A DNA stretch of 64,000 nucleotides from Octopus sinensis (GCF_006345805.1 NC_043006.1:1116001-1180000), one strand, 5' to 3'. Counted from the stretch's first letter, positions 50,547 to 64,000 are shown. Program-made: numbers and translations. Notes: a model not told the origin generated them from the sequence alone.

Positions 50547-51058
50547 TGATACATATGTATTCAGTTACGAGTGTTTGTGTGTATGCCTGCGTGCAACTAT
50601 CGACTGATAAAAATATACAAATGCTATTCTAACAAAGATGAATTATTTAAAGAAATGAAAGTGTCCCTGTAGTAGAAACAAGCAGACGCCGGACTAGATG
50701 TCTTACGACGTTTATTATTGTCTATTGATGTTCGATTTTGGTTTCTCTCATTCTGAAATACATAATATAATAGCAAAAACACCCCAGGCTCAACGCAATC
50801 GAATATTGTACCAATGTACACACGTTTGTTCTTGTTTCAATATCAGAATTTGCTGACGTCTTTCAGCAGATTCGATTTGATTGTTAGTCGCAAAGTAAAT
50901 GTGTACGGAATGGTGATGTTTGTGCATGTGACATTCATACTTTTGTTAAGGACATTAACGACGCCGCTGAAATGGACTGATTTTTGTTATGAGTTGAAAC
51001 AACGCAGTGATCTTTCCCTAACTATTGTTTACATTGATCGACAACGCCAACCACACAT

Positions 51059-51452
51059 TCTCTTTATATATATAAAGCTGAAGTTGTCTGTGTGCGGCAG
51101 GTTTGGTAGCCTTCAACTAACTCCTCCGAGACCCTGCGGCGCAAGTTGACCAAAATTGAGAGTATGATAGAAGAAGGCTTGTTCTTTATTCCGTAGTAGA
51201 AAAAATTCAAATTGGACCATGTTAACACCAAAAATTATTTACATCAAAAAGGTGCTTTTTTTCTATGAAAATCCCTATTTTTTACGATTCTTTTACTGCT
51301 GTGTCGCCATTTGTCGGTGTATTTCAACCAGAAAAATGTTCACTTAAAGAGAATAACAAGCTACATAATGCAAAAGTTTTACTTTTCAAAAATTCCAATT
51401 CTAAAGGGTCGGAAAGAAAACAAGCCCGAGCAACGCCGGGCGATACTGCTAG
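51059..51452 (+). mobile_element. non-autonomous Helitron copy 2
   Basis: Alignable over its full length to 46739-47130; same hairpin and CTAG|T end. Confidence 0.8.
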
Positions 51453-52699
51453 TTATGATATATAAATTCCTTCTGATTCATCACTAAACTGATTTTTAAT
51501 AAAATATGGTTATACTCATTTGAATAGAATTTTCTGTACTACGAGTTGCTATTGGTGGAAAGCGTTGTGATGAAATGCATGGTCGGTATAAGTGAGTTTT
51601 GAATTCCAAATGAGACAGAATTGGACAAAATAATAAAAGCATTTAGTTCGGTGTTATGTTGGCTTTAACCATCGCCATCGCCAGCTTTACAAGAAATTTA
51701 TATAATTTGTGTAAGAAACCCTTAAAATCTGAAGTCATGAGACGCCATTTCGTTAATATTTCTTTATCTGATTAACAATTGCCTAGAAGCATTTCTGACC
51801 ATAATTTTAATTATATATTCAGTGAATCTAAAGTTCCTAACAACTGATACATTATTGAAGGATTAAATTTTTCTTTAATTATTAGTCAAATTATTGAAAT
51901 AAATTAATCTTTATTCAAATTTACAGTCATTATTGCTGCTGTTATTACTGTATTTCTTCGATGTGAGAAGATTGGTTTTAACTCGATATTGTAGCCTGAC
52001 AAAGAAGCGTCAAATTAATGTTGAAAAACATTAAACATTTATGCTGATGGGCAGGAAACATATTAGAAAAAACAAAGAAGAAAAATCTTGCCAGAAGTTG
52101 AGAATATAATTAAAGATACAAGTGAAGCAGAAAAAGAGTTGCAAAAATATTTTAAATGATTGCATAGATTACCGTATGGCAATTATCGTCAACAGATTTG
52201 ACAAGTGAGAGCTGTTACTAATAGCTGGCACCGAAACTATAGAAAAAGTCTATGTAATTCCAATTATTCTTTAATTTTGAAACAATCTTGATGGCGTCTC
52301 AGCGTGTCGTAGATTTAGAATGGAAAAGCTTTCATTCGTCTGCTTTGTTATACCTACTCACGACTCGATATAATGGTTTCTATCGAGGAATAAGTGTTTT
52401 TTAAGAAGATATATTATTCATATAGGTTGTGTTAAAATTATCAAGGTTTGAGGCGCGGAGTGTGTGCATGTGGGTGACTGCATGCGTGATAGCATGCAAG
52501 CAAGCATTCATGTCTGTATACCTTGTCTAATTAAAAGTAAACTGTGGTAGAGATTTGAATATTTAATTAGAAATGCAATGAATGTTTATCTCACAAAAAA
52601 TAAACAAGTAGCAGTTTGAGATTTTTATGCAATTACCCCTCCCCCCTCTCACACACACACTACAAAAAATATTAGACTGCATAGTCACTAAACTGTGCA

Positions 52700-53520
52700 A
52701 AAGGACCCACTGGAAGGAGTCGAGTAACAATGTTCTTATCTGCAACACAATCACCTAACAAATTCTGTACCAGGAATCCCTTGTGAGGATTTGAACCAAT
52801 CACAACACCAGGCACTGTTTTGCGAATTATGCATAGGCGTGTCAACTCTGCTACTTGGAGTTGTCTATCGGCCACCAATTGCCATCAAAACACACAGCAT
52901 TTTGAAATCTTCACGTAACAGCCACTTTCGTTTTCATTGCTGGTGACTTCGACTACACTGAAATTGACTGACACTGATCATGCTATGATTATTGCTATTC
53001 TGTCTCTTATGGGCAGATTCAAGAAGCATCACTACCTCCGAACCACTCACTTTGACTGGAACAAAGTAGACTAGAACTGTTACCGTGATGAGATACAACG
53101 CCCAAACTGGTTTGAATTTTTTGATTCCGGAAACGTCAATATTGTATTTCAAAATACCCCCAGTGCAACCTGGGCCACATGTGAAGCATCAGTACTGCGC
53201 AGAAGCTCTACAAATCCCAAAAGTGTAATTTGGGAAACTGCAGCGGCTCGCCTTGTCAGGAGAAATCGTCGTGATGCCGAACAGAAATATAGACTACGTA
53301 GAACAGACGACAAAAACAAACATGCAATAGATCATCTAACCATCTCAAGCAGGTAACAAAAAGGCAGTGCTTGAGTTCGAACAGCGTATAGCAACTAGTC
53401 CTAACACCAAATGTTCAGGAAATATGTACGTTCGGAGCAGAAAACTCACTCTCCAGTTGACCCTCTTTACAATCCCCGCACAGGTCGGGTCACTGATGAT
53501 CCCTAAGAATTGCTGAGCTT
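52700..53520 (+). mobile_element. decayed APE endonuclease/linker fragment of a CR1-like LINE
   Basis: LLGVVYRPP and FIAGDFDYTEID motifs, followed by a linker-like region with stops. Confidence 0.6.
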
Positions 53521-53634
53521 GTTGAGTGCTATGCTGATATTTTCATTGTTGAAAATCCAAATGTATGTATACATATATTTTATCCACATATATGTATGTA
53601 TATCTATATCTATATATGTATATATATATATATA

Positions 53635-53853
53635 TTCTTTACTACCAACAAGGGGCTACACACAGAGAGGACAAACAAGGACAGACAAACAGATTAAGTC
53701 GACCCCAGTGTGTAACTGGTACTTAATTTATCGACCCCGAAAGGATGAAAGGCAAAGTCGACCTCGGCGGAATTTGAACTCAGAACGTAACGGCAGACGA
53801 AATACAGCTACGCATTTCGCCCGGCGTGCTAACGTTTCTGCCAGCTCGCCGCC
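53635..53853 (-). mobile_element. SINE family A monomer in (TA)n
   Basis: rc of the full head, body and tail. Confidence 0.85.
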
Positions 53854-53908
53854 TTCATATATATATATATATGCATATGTATGTATGTGTGTATATGTGT
53901 ATATATAA

Positions 53909-53987
<79 letters not shown>

Positions 53988-54174
53988 ATATATATTCCTT
54001 CATAATTATCTGTGTGCCTTTGTGTATGAGTGCATGTGCGTGTGTGTATACATGTATGTATGTACGTTGTTTCAAGTTATCCTTTGTGCTACTGGTATCC
54101 TGGAACCCAGTACAATCTGTACCAGGGTCGAGCCGTAGGATACTAAACTATAAATTCACTAAGTCTATTTGTTA

Positions 54175-54520
54175 AGGAGGATGGTTTTCATTGAACACCT
54201 TGCAGAGAGAAAAACAAAACCTATCAAATGATAGTTGAGTGGACGGCCATCCAACAACCGGGAGTGAGATATCCCTCGTCTTGTTTAGACTCTCGGAGAG
54301 AGAATTCCTAAAATAACCCACACATTATTGCAAAGCTGGAAATCTTTCTCTTATTTCTTTCTGGACTTAATAGTTGTGATGCTGCTAGTCTTAGAATGTT
54401 GTGCAAGCTGTTATCCACCTTAAATTTCTGTGCAAGCATTTCTTATAGCAATGTGTCTTTAACATCTGGGATAAGATAATTTGTCAGCTTTGGTCATACT
54501 CGTCTTTCAGTCAACAACCG
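54175..54520 (+). mobile_element. diverged relative of the 3425-3870 leader (probably RTE 5' UTR)
   Basis: Shared aaaaacaaaacc and acggccatccaa motifs with the same spacing. Confidence 0.35.
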
Positions 54521-54544
54521 CCACGTATGTATATATGTATGTCA

Positions 54545-54650
54545 TTCAGTTTTATTTCCAGATTTCTTATCAATAGAGAAAGAGCCGGTTTCTAACCTAG
54601 ATCCAAGGTTCCTTCATTGGAATTTCAACAGCAACAACAGGGTATTTTTG
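54545..54650 (-). mobile_element. short 3'-end copy of an R4-type element in (TACA)n
   Basis: gagccggtttctaacctagatccaaggttcc is homologous to the 3' UTR at 55100-55150. Confidence 0.55.
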
Positions 54651-55085
54651 TTTGTATGTATGTATGTATGTATGTATGTATGTATGTATGTATGTATGTA
54701 TGTATGTATGTTTGTATGTATGTATGTTTGTATGTACGTATGTACGTATGTATGTATGTATGAATGTATGTATTAATGTATGTATGAATGTATGTATGTG
54801 TGTATGTATGTATGTATGTATGTACGTATGTATGCATGTATGTATGTATGTACGTATGTATGCATGTATGTATGTATGTATGTATGTATATATGCGTGCA
54901 TGTATGTATGTGTGTATTTATGTGCGTATGTATGTATGTATGTATGTATGTAGTATGTATGCATGTATGTATGTATGTGTGTATGTATATTTTGTGTGTA
55001 TGTATGTATGTGTGTATGTATGTATGTGTGTATGTATGTGTTTGAATGTATGTGTGTATGTATGTATGTATGTATGTATGTATGC
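54651..55085. repeat. (TATG)n microsatellite
   Basis: ~430 bp of tatg with variants. Confidence 0.95.
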
Positions 55086-55683
55086 ATGCATGTCTCTTTT
55101 CCACTGAGGAGGGAGCCGGTTTCCAACAAAGATACATGGCTCCCTCTTTGGGATGTAGTTAACACAGACAAATTCACATTTGGAAATTGAGAAAAGTCTT
55201 GCATATTTTTACTGTTCCACTCACAGATTGCATTTGTATTGTACGAATTAGCCGGTCGATTTCTCTTTCTGAAGATCCTAGTTTATCGAGATTCTCCTTT
55301 AAGCATTTACTAACAAAACTTAATGCTCTGATTATTATTGGTATGAATATGAATTCATAGTCTGGATATAGAAGCTGGAGGTTTCGGAGCAGTTGTCTAT
55401 AGATATCCTCTTTTTCTTCGATTTCCAATGAGATATTTATATCTGCAGGGTAACTAACCTCATTGGTAGTACATACATTTGCCCCTCTGTCCCAAACAAC
55501 AATATCCGATCTGTTGTGTTTACATTTGACAGATGTTTTGATGGGAACATTCCACCAGTATTCCTTGAGTTGATGTTTGTGAATGTATTCCATAACAAAG
55601 AGATTTTCTAAGTTCATTTTAGGACAATCTTTTTTTGCGGGTGGCATTGAAAATTGTTTTGGCGACAGCATAGTGCCGAACCA
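55086..55683 (-). mobile_element. 5'-truncated R4/Dong-type RLE element, (TACA)n on both sides
   Basis: KEYWWNVPIKTSVKCKHNRSDIVVWDR..EVSYPAD..EKEDIY..IPIIIRALSFV..SGTVKICKTFL*. Confidence 0.85.
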
Positions 55684-56439
55684 TATGTATGTATCATACT
55701 CTCATTTTTAATTCACTGGAGTGTTCAAATAGAGTAAAGGTTATTTTCAATATAGGAAAGAATCCATCTTCTTTGGAATTTAGAAATCAACAAAGCGTTA
55801 TATGCTGTATTGTAGAAAATCATTCCACATTTTTACCGTTCCGTTTGCATATTGAATATACAAAATACACGTTAGATGGCTTTTTGTTCTTTGAAAACTC
55901 CAGCTGTCCTATTGTAACATACATCTGGGTTGAGAAACTGCCGGTTCTGTATAAATATTCTCTTTCTAACTAACATTGAATGATATAGTTATATTCACTG
56001 GGAAGTTGACCGCTACAATACTACAAGAACATGTTTCTTATTTATTCCATTCATATCTATATAAAGCTAGTGGATTAGCATTTGGCAAAATTTCTACGTG
56101 AATCTTTCACCAATTTTCTTTGTTAGAATGTTTTAATACGTTTAACGTTAAAAATGTTTTATAATGGCCCTTCTTATAGTTGGCATTCTATTATATTCGT
56201 AACAAACGACATGACATTTTGGGAGCAGCTACAGTTCATAAATGCATTCTCTTCCACAGATGAATGACATATGTGACATTTTCGATCGCAACTTAACAAC
56301 TTAGAATTTCCATTCTTTCAGTTTATTCAATATTTATTGAGCAGTTACACTTCCTGTCAATATCGAAACGATCCTCAATTATTCAGAATGTAGAATAACG
56401 CTCAGTTTTTTTGTTGGTATGTGAAATGTTTCTTATCCA

Positions 56440-56720
56440 GATCTTTGTGAGCATAGCTTCATGCAATATTTCTGGAATCGTATGGAATATCTCAAAAAGC
56501 TGATAGTGTTTTTTACATCTATGAGCGTTTGGCGGATGGATTTATCTTTAGTCTGTTGTTCAGCCGACACTCTCATACTGCATCTGTATAATACATCACT
56601 CCGATTTAGTCTGAAGCCTGCCTTCTGTGGCCGAATTTGTTGAGATAACGGTTTCGATAGAAGTTGCCTGTTAACCTTATAATCTAGCATGTAGACTCCT
56701 CCCCACCAAATACACACAGA
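56440..56720 (-). mobile_element. possible decayed non-LTR RT fragment
   Basis: PLSQQIRPQKAGFRLNRS resembles the RT motif QAGFRxxRS. Confidence 0.35.
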
Positions 56721-58108
56721 ATTGCTCATATAATCCAATCAGCCTTTTCATTGGTGGAAATTGATAAACATCTTTCAGTTATTCATTAGTTATATATTCT
56801 TGGCTTCCAACGTTAATGGCATATCGTCTGAGGAAATGAGCGCATGAACTATGATCCACTCGATTTTCACAGATACTACGGGCCGTACTGTAAGCATCCC
56901 AGTAATATGGACTAAGATCTTAAGAAACATGCAATTTGTGGAAACGCGCGTAGGTATGCATTAAAATATTTATAAATTCCATCCATGGATTATTATTTTT
57001 GTTACTATATATATTTAAAGAACGAAAATGGAGAAAAATGGATGCATGAGTAATTTATTTTTATGATACAAAGATGTTGAAATTTTTTACAATAACAATA
57101 AAAATAAAATATAAATTGTAAAGCTCAAAAAGAAATGTTGATACGTAATTCTAAGCATTTTGTTACAGGCTAAGAATTGGTATCATTTTCAATTATATGG
57201 GTCAGAACCTCGTCAGGGTTTTTATGAGCTTATAGAACAAAGGTTAACATATTTCTTGAAAGGATGCATATAAAAAGAGGTTAGAATTTCGTATCAGCTT
57301 AGGGCATGAACCGAAACATATATGTAGGTTTTTCTCATCTGCCATTTCTTTTTGAGCTATACAATTTATAATTTATTTGTATTGTTATAAAAAAAAAATT
57401 TATTTTTATATCATACAAATAAATTATTCACACAACCATTTTTCTCTATTTTCTTTCTTTCAAGATTAACTATGTATTACTACACTAATCCCTAACATAT
57501 CGTCGACACTTTCTCCTTATATGGTAGTGATTAACGAGTGGAATGTTTTGAATTATGTAATCCCCCTAATATGGATCTAACATCCTCGAGTTGCCTGTAT
57601 ATGTGTGTGTGAGTGTGTATGTATGTATATGCATTTATATTCATATATATGTATATTTATATATAAGTATATATATATATATATTTGTATATAAATATGT
57701 GTGTATGCATGTGTGTGTGTGTGTGCGTGTATTTGTATATATTACATGCAAGATTTGTAGATTGCATTGTACGTAGTGACAGTCATCATTTGATATAAAA
57801 CTCAGCACACTAGAGATATGCATATCACATGAAATTTTAACACTTTATTCAGAGTTCGGCACCATGGGGGGGGCTGTTTCGATGTCATCCCACCTTAATA
57901 ACTTTCTATTATAAACTTTACATTTTTAAAATCGGTTTCCAAAGATACTTATCAGCGCCCACCCCACACAAGAAGCGTACCCTTATATATATTCTAAACA
58001 GTCTTTCATACCTCACAGACCTGTAGAGACCCACCTTAGTTTGAAACTCGAGTAGACTGTCAACTTTTAAAGTAATAGACGCATACAACGCACACATATG
58101 TATATGCA

Positions 58109-58158
<50 letters not shown>

Positions 58159-58558
58159 ATACGAAAACTAACTTCTGTGTGTCATTTTGTTACAATTAGA
58201 CACCCTCTCTCGCTATTCAATGACATTCCTACTATTCCTCATGATGGGATGAGAGTAATAGCAGACATAGAGACGGTGAGGGCGGTGGTGAAGACAGACA
58301 GAGTGAGATAGAAAGAAAAAGAGTGGGAGAGAAAGAGACGCAGAAATTTAGGGAGGATCGATGATGTTTTATTAAAAGTAGTAGTATTGCCGGTGGCAGT
58401 GGGAGTAATAATAAAAAAGAGAGAAAGAGTGGGTATGTGAGAGAAGGAGAGAGATGAAGTACAACTTTGTTTAACTGTCTCTTTGACAGAAATTCCTGTT
58501 GCCAACATATTGAACATTATCATTTTCGTTTTATTTTTTGCTTTCTTTAATAAATATG

Positions 58559-58668
<110 letters not shown>

Positions 58669-58774
58669 ATTTATAAAATACACTTTAATTGAAATCAATT
58701 TTCCCAAAAATTTCACATATATAATGTAATAAATGTGAATGTCAGTGTGTCACACTTTTTCAACTTTTATAAAT

Positions 58775-58955
58775 CCTTTCTCCTGGAAGCACAAGGCCTC
58801 AGATTTTGGTGGAAAGGACTAAGTCAATTACATCAACCTCAGTAGGTAACTGGTACTAATTTTATCGACCTCGAAAGAATGAAAGGGAAAGTCGACCTCG
58901 GCAGAATTCGAACTCAAAACCATAACGGCAGACGAAATACTGCTAAGCATTTCGC
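58775..58955 (-). mobile_element. SINE family A fragment (alternative tail) between 41-bp direct repeats
   Basis: Repeats at 58727-58767 and 58986-59026 with one mismatch. Confidence 0.75.
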
Positions 58956-59074
58956 TGATTCAATATAATATAATAATATAATATATAATAAATGTGAATG
59001 TCAGAGTGTCACACTTTTTCAACTTTACTCCTAGAGGTCGTAGCCCAACATATCATATCATTTTGGAATCAGGC

Positions 59075-59480
59075 TGACTCTGCGAGTAAACTAAAAACAT
59101 TCCGGGCCGAATCCGGACCCACAATCCTGAAATTTTGGTTTCCCAAGTTTTCATTACTGTAATTGCTTTCGGCGATTTCCTTACGTGACGTTTTGCGACA
59201 ATTTTTTTTTTTATACGATAACAACTTTTGTAGTCTAAAGGCTAACTCCGTGAGTAAATTAAAAACATCCTAGGCCGAATCCGGACCTGCAAGCCTAAAA
59301 TTTTGGATTAGTGTTTTCATTACTGCGATGGTTTTCGGCGATTTTTTATTACATTATTTTTTTGCGACGAATATGAATATCGTTGGAATATGACTCTGGA
59401 GGAAGCAATTGCAACAAATTCTCCAAAACAAGTCAGAGATCTGTTTAAAGATCTTCCGAGGTCAGCTGCTTAAAACCTAT
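59075..59480 (+). mobile_element. probable Helitron-derived fragment: ~165-bp tandem duplication plus RepHel-like peptide
   Basis: ggccgaatccggacc unit occurs twice; WNMTLEEAIATNSPKQVRDLF resembles a Helitron RepHel motif. Confidence 0.5.
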
Positions 59481-59566
59481 ATACTAGCACAAAAGCCGTC
59501 CCATCTGGTGGCTTTTAAGGTAGTATACACACACACACACACACACACACATGTATATATATATAA

Positions 59567-59739
59567 GGCGCAGGAGTGATAAGTGTGGTAAGTAGCTTGC
59601 TAACCAACCACATGGTTCCGGGTTCAGTCCCACTGCGTGGCATCTTGGGCAAGTGTCTTCTGCTATAGCCCCGGGCCGACCAAAGCCTTGTGAGTGGATT
59701 CGGTAGACGGAAACTGAAAGAAGCCTGTCGTATATATGC

Positions 59740-59788
<49 letters not shown>

Positions 59789-59990
59789 TGTGTCTGTGTT
59801 TGTCCCCCTAGCATTGCTTGACAACCGATGTTGGTGTGATCACGTCCCCGTCACTTAGCGATTCGGCAAAAGAGACCGATAGAATAAGTACTGGGCTTAC
59901 AAAGAATAAGTCCCGGGGTCGATTTACTCGACTAAAGGCGGTGCTCCAGCATGGCCGCAGTCAAATGACTGAAACAAGTAAAAAAGAAAA
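59567..59990 (+). mobile_element. CORE-like SINE (family B), full length
   Basis: Closely matches 17604-18008. Confidence 0.9.
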
Positions 59991-60202
59991 AGATATATAT
60001 ATACACATACATATATATGTATACATATATACATGTATACATATATATATGTATACACATACATCTAGAGAGAGGGGGAGAGAGGTTATATATAAAAATG
60101 TATGTAATAATGTGATATCCTACATAAATATGTATATAATCATAATACTAGATAATATTATATATACATACATGTGTACGTCTGTGTATCTATGTGTGTG
60201 CA

Positions 60203-60246
<44 letters not shown>

Positions 60247-60708
60247 TGACTTCCCTCGCACGCGTGTATATATGTATGCATATATTTCTGTGTGTGTATT
60301 TCGAACATCTTTACTTCTTGTAGGTGTTTGGAGGATAGCTTGAAAACTGATGTAGAGCAATCGATAATTTCAGATCAATTTTTGGTTTTTACATTGATCA
60401 AGTTCTGTGTATTGATTAGGCTTGTTTTATTTAAAGGAGCTTAACCTTGCTCTAAAAGTTTCGTATAACTATCAAGATCAAACGCACGTAATATTATAGA
60501 AGCAGAGCTGACACTAACTTCACTTTGCCAACACCGACAACAGCCAAAACGAAACGTAACATTGATTACTATAATCGTATTCATTGAGGTGTGCTACCTT
60601 CCCTAGGCTAATTCAGTGCACATTACTGAATAGATTTACTAAAAAAGATATGACCTAGCTGTTGTACTGACACCGAAACAATGACGTATGATTTCTATGC
60701 GGTTGTAA

Positions 60709-61125
60709 GGCGGCGAGCTGGCAGAAACTGTAGCACGCCGGGCGAAATGCGTAGCCGTATTTCGTCTGCTGTTACGTTCTGAGTTCAAATTCCGCCGAGG
60801 TCGACTATGCCGTTCATCCTTTCGGGGTCGATAAATTAAGTACCAGTTACGCACTGGGGTAGATATCATCGATTTCATCCTTTTGTCTGTCCTTGTTTGT
60901 CCCCTCTGTGTTTAGCCCCTTGTGGGTAGTAAAGAAATAGGTATTTCGTCTGTCGTTACGTTCTGAGTTCAAATTCCGCCGAGGTCGACTTTGCCTTTCA
61001 TCCTTTCGGGGTCAATAAATTAAGTACCAGTTACGCACTGGGGTCAATATAATCGACTTAATCCGTTTGTCTGTCCTTGTTTGTCCCTTCTGTGTTTAGC
61101 CCTTGTGGGCAATAAAGAAATCCTA
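60709..61125 (+). mobile_element. SINE family A dimer with 16-bp TSD
   Basis: Junction aaagaaatag|gtatttcgtc at 60940/60941; TSD ATTTCTATGCGGTTGT at 60691-60706 and 61126-61141. Confidence 0.9.
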
Positions 61126-61814
61126 ATTTCTATGCGGTTGTTTTGTTTTGTTTTTTCAAAATATTTTCCAGCAAAATATAATTTAAACACACGGGTTTAT
61201 TGAAGTCATGTAACTGTGTGAGTAAGTATGCAGATTTGTGTATCTATAATATGATTAAAGGAAGAAATAATGATTTCTAACATAAGAGAGGAATGTTAGG
61301 CGATTAAAACCTTCTTTAGTAATTAGCTGCTTTTTCTCTACCTTTTTATCGATCGCCGAAGGACGAAAGACAACTTTCTTAGGTGTAAATCTTCAACTCA
61401 GAAGATAACGAAATAGCAATGATGAATTCGCCAGTCCACCATCCACCAAATATACGTAATAATTTCTGAAATAAATACTGGTTTCATATTTCGACACAAG
61501 GTTAGCAAATTTAGGATTATGAGTAAGTCGATAAGATCACCCCCTGTGCTCAACTATACATATTTTATTCACCCTGAAAGCGTAAAAGACAAACTTGACC
61601 GTGGTATGATTTGAACTCAAAATCTAGAGAACAAAAGGAAATGCTCCTTTGATTTCTGAAATTAAAAAATAAGGCTGATACAAATATATTTCATTGATGT
61701 AGATGCTTGTGTACACATGAATTAATGCAAGGGATTACGTAACTCATGTTCTTTTATTATTTAATAGTGTATATTACGCTCTGTACTCACCTAACACTCT
61801 AAAACGTAAATATT

Positions 61815-62166
61815 CTTTTCTACTCTAGGCACAAGGTTTGAAATTTTGGGGGAGGGGGCCAGTCGATTAGATTGACCCCAGTACGCAACTGATACTTAAT
61901 TTATCGATCCCCAAAGGGATGAAAAGCAAAGTCGACCACAGCGGAATTTGAACTCAGAACGTAACGGCAGACGAAATACCGCTAAGCATTTCGCCCGGCG
62001 TGCTAACGTTTCTTATTTCTTTACTGCCCACAAGGGGCTACACACAGAGGGGTCAAACAAGGACAGACAAAGGGATTAAGTCGATTACATCGACCCCCAT
62101 GCGTACCTGGTACTTAATTTATCGACCCCGAAAGGATGAAAGGCAAAGTCGACCTCGGCGGAATTT
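61815..62166 (-). mobile_element. SINE family A dimer (different junction, mixed tails)
   Basis: rc junction aaagaaataa|gaaacgttagc at ~62012. Confidence 0.8.
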
Positions 62167-62194
62167 TAGTTTAGAGAGAGGGGAATAATTTCTG

Positions 62195-62510
62195 TGAAAA
62201 CCTTTTCCTCACTTTAAAAAGTGTCAAGCACAGGTGTCGCTGGAGAGGAGAAAGAAATGGACATCTTGTATGTACATGGCTGGCCGAAGCTTAAAAAGGC
62301 ACAAGTAAACAATGAAAGTTGATATTGATACTGAAGTAAATGGCAAAAAGGTCTCTGGAACATTTTGTTCTGTGGTCTGGCCCGGCAGGTGTCCCAGGGC
62401 ACCACAGCCTGGATCCGGTCGTCATCCTGCAACTGTGAGTAAATTCAAGTTAAGATGCAAGCCTATGGATATGAGATGCTGGAATGTTCGAACGTTATTA
62501 GATAATGCAC
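62195..62510 (+). mobile_element. RTE-clade LINE 5' leader and ORF start, truncated by (TA)n
   Basis: MDMRCWNVRTLLDNA is an APE N-terminal WNVRTL motif. Confidence 0.6.
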
Positions 62511-62549
<39 letters not shown>

Positions 62550-62558
62550 CTTGTAGAT

Positions 62559-62596
<38 letters not shown>

Positions 62597-62608
62597 TATA
62601 TATATATA

Positions 62609-62661
<53 letters not shown>

Positions 62662-62907
62662 TGTTGTGCGTGCGCGCGCAAACTTAGCACAGACTGCAAA
62701 AGTAAACGAGAAGATGGAGAAAGAAGACTTTTAAATTTGCATTGATTAAGAAATAAATTAATTAATATGTCTTTCTAATTATCTAAATAATTTAGTAAGA
62801 ATTCACACACTAACATAATTATATGGAAAAACAAAATTGACAAAAATGAGCCAGGATGAGTCGCTGCAATATTTCGGTTGATTTCAGTGAAGCTATACAA
62901 ATACATA

Positions 62908-63240
62908 GGAGCAGGAGTGGCTGTGTGGTGACTAGCTTGCTTACCAACCACATGGTTCTGGCTCCGGGTTCAACCTTGTGAATGGATTTGCTAGAAGGAA
63001 ACTGAGAGAAGCCCGTCATATATAGATGTGTGTGTGTGTGTGTGTGCGTGTGTGTGTGTATTTGTCGCCCCAACATCGCTTGACAATCGATGCAAGTGTG
63101 TTTACGTCCCCGTAACTTATCGGTTCGGCAAAAGAGACCGATAGAATAAGTACTAGTATTACAAAGAATAAGTCCTGGGGGTCGATTTGCTCGTATAAAG
63201 GCGATGCTCCAGTATGGCCGCAGTGAAATGACTGAAAAAA
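62908..63240 (+). mobile_element. CORE-like SINE with internal deletion
   Basis: ggagtggctgtgtggtgactagc head with the core deleted; tail cagtatggccgcagtgaaatgactgaa. Confidence 0.8.
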
Positions 63241-64000
63241 CTGTTCTAATTATGATATCGCAGATGTTAGCAGAGGCAGTTCCCGTCTTATGTACCCACT
63301 TTTATATTTTCCTTTCATTTATAGATGGTCTCTGTATATTTTCTCTCTTTGAATATATACATGATTTTATGTAAAGGCCTATTGTCAGACAAGTGTAGAA
63401 ACGCATATTATTGCTTAATGAATATTCAAGGACGGCTTTCCAACCGCAAGTTTCTTTCTCTCTCTCTCTCTCTCTATGTGAATATATATGAAAGAAGGTT
63501 TGAAAATGCAATTTTAAAGATATTTATTCACCTGACAGGTTTCACTTTTTTAGAAAAAGATTTTCAAAAGTAAAATGTAAAGCTTTGCATAAGATTTGTT
63601 GTGTTAAGTACTGGTTGTCACAAAAGTATTAATATATATATATACATTCTTTGATAATAATAAGAAAAATGTTAAAAACAGTTTACAAGAAAGTATTTAA
63701 GAAAATATTCAGAACGGGACTACAAAACGTATTATGAGTTCAATAAAAATCATGTTTGTTTGGTAGTATATACATACACACACACCACACACACACACAT
63801 ACGCCAATATTATATATTTACATATATATATAATTATATATATATATATATATCTCCTCTGTGTGTATATATATATATATATATAATTAATTAATAAGGG
63901 TGAGAGAATAGATACTATTTAATAGTATATTTATTCAACACCAAGTGCCTATTATAAAATATTATAATAATCCAGGTTTCTCGTAGCACTAGGCCACTTG

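Noticed and set aside
55689-55973. 94-aa ORF next to the R4 element
   Set aside because: No recognisable motif; short AT-rich ORFs of this size arise by chance.
57290-57330. ccGAAAC followed by palindromic ACATATATGT as a hammerhead
   Set aside because: No recognisable CUGANGA core or stem I.

Overview
Repeat-dominated, AT-rich eukaryotic DNA, most likely an Octopus-type coleoid cephalopod. This is inferred from the tRNA-derived SINE families and the dense (TA)n/(CA)n/(GATA)n/(TACA)n microsatellites. It reads as intergenic or deep-intronic: I recognise no host protein-coding exon, and almost all long ORFs in the track are microsatellite artefacts. The real coding remnants are transposon-derived: four CR1-like LINE pieces (one nearly complete, with a CCCH zinc-finger ORF1), a Tx1/L1-clade LINE cut by a 100-N gap, R4/Dong-type RLE fragments, RTE fragments, two mariner-type DNA transposons and Helitron pieces. 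Three SINE families are also present. Most notable: (1) a 3.76-kb, ~221-copy 17-bp satellite whose unit is the endonuclease-coding sequence at the exact 5' truncation point of the adjacent LINE, with two variants that match re-priming on one fixed template; (2) head-to-tail SINE multimers with one recurrent junction, each bounded by a single TSD; (3) a minimal type-I hammerhead ribozyme with a non-canonical core in a Penelope-like pLTR; (4) a Tx1 LINE whose 5' end abuts a tRNA-derived SINE head; (5) a covarying 3' stem-loop shared by the CR1 LINEs and the CORE-like SINE. All family names come from motif recognition by eye, not database searches.
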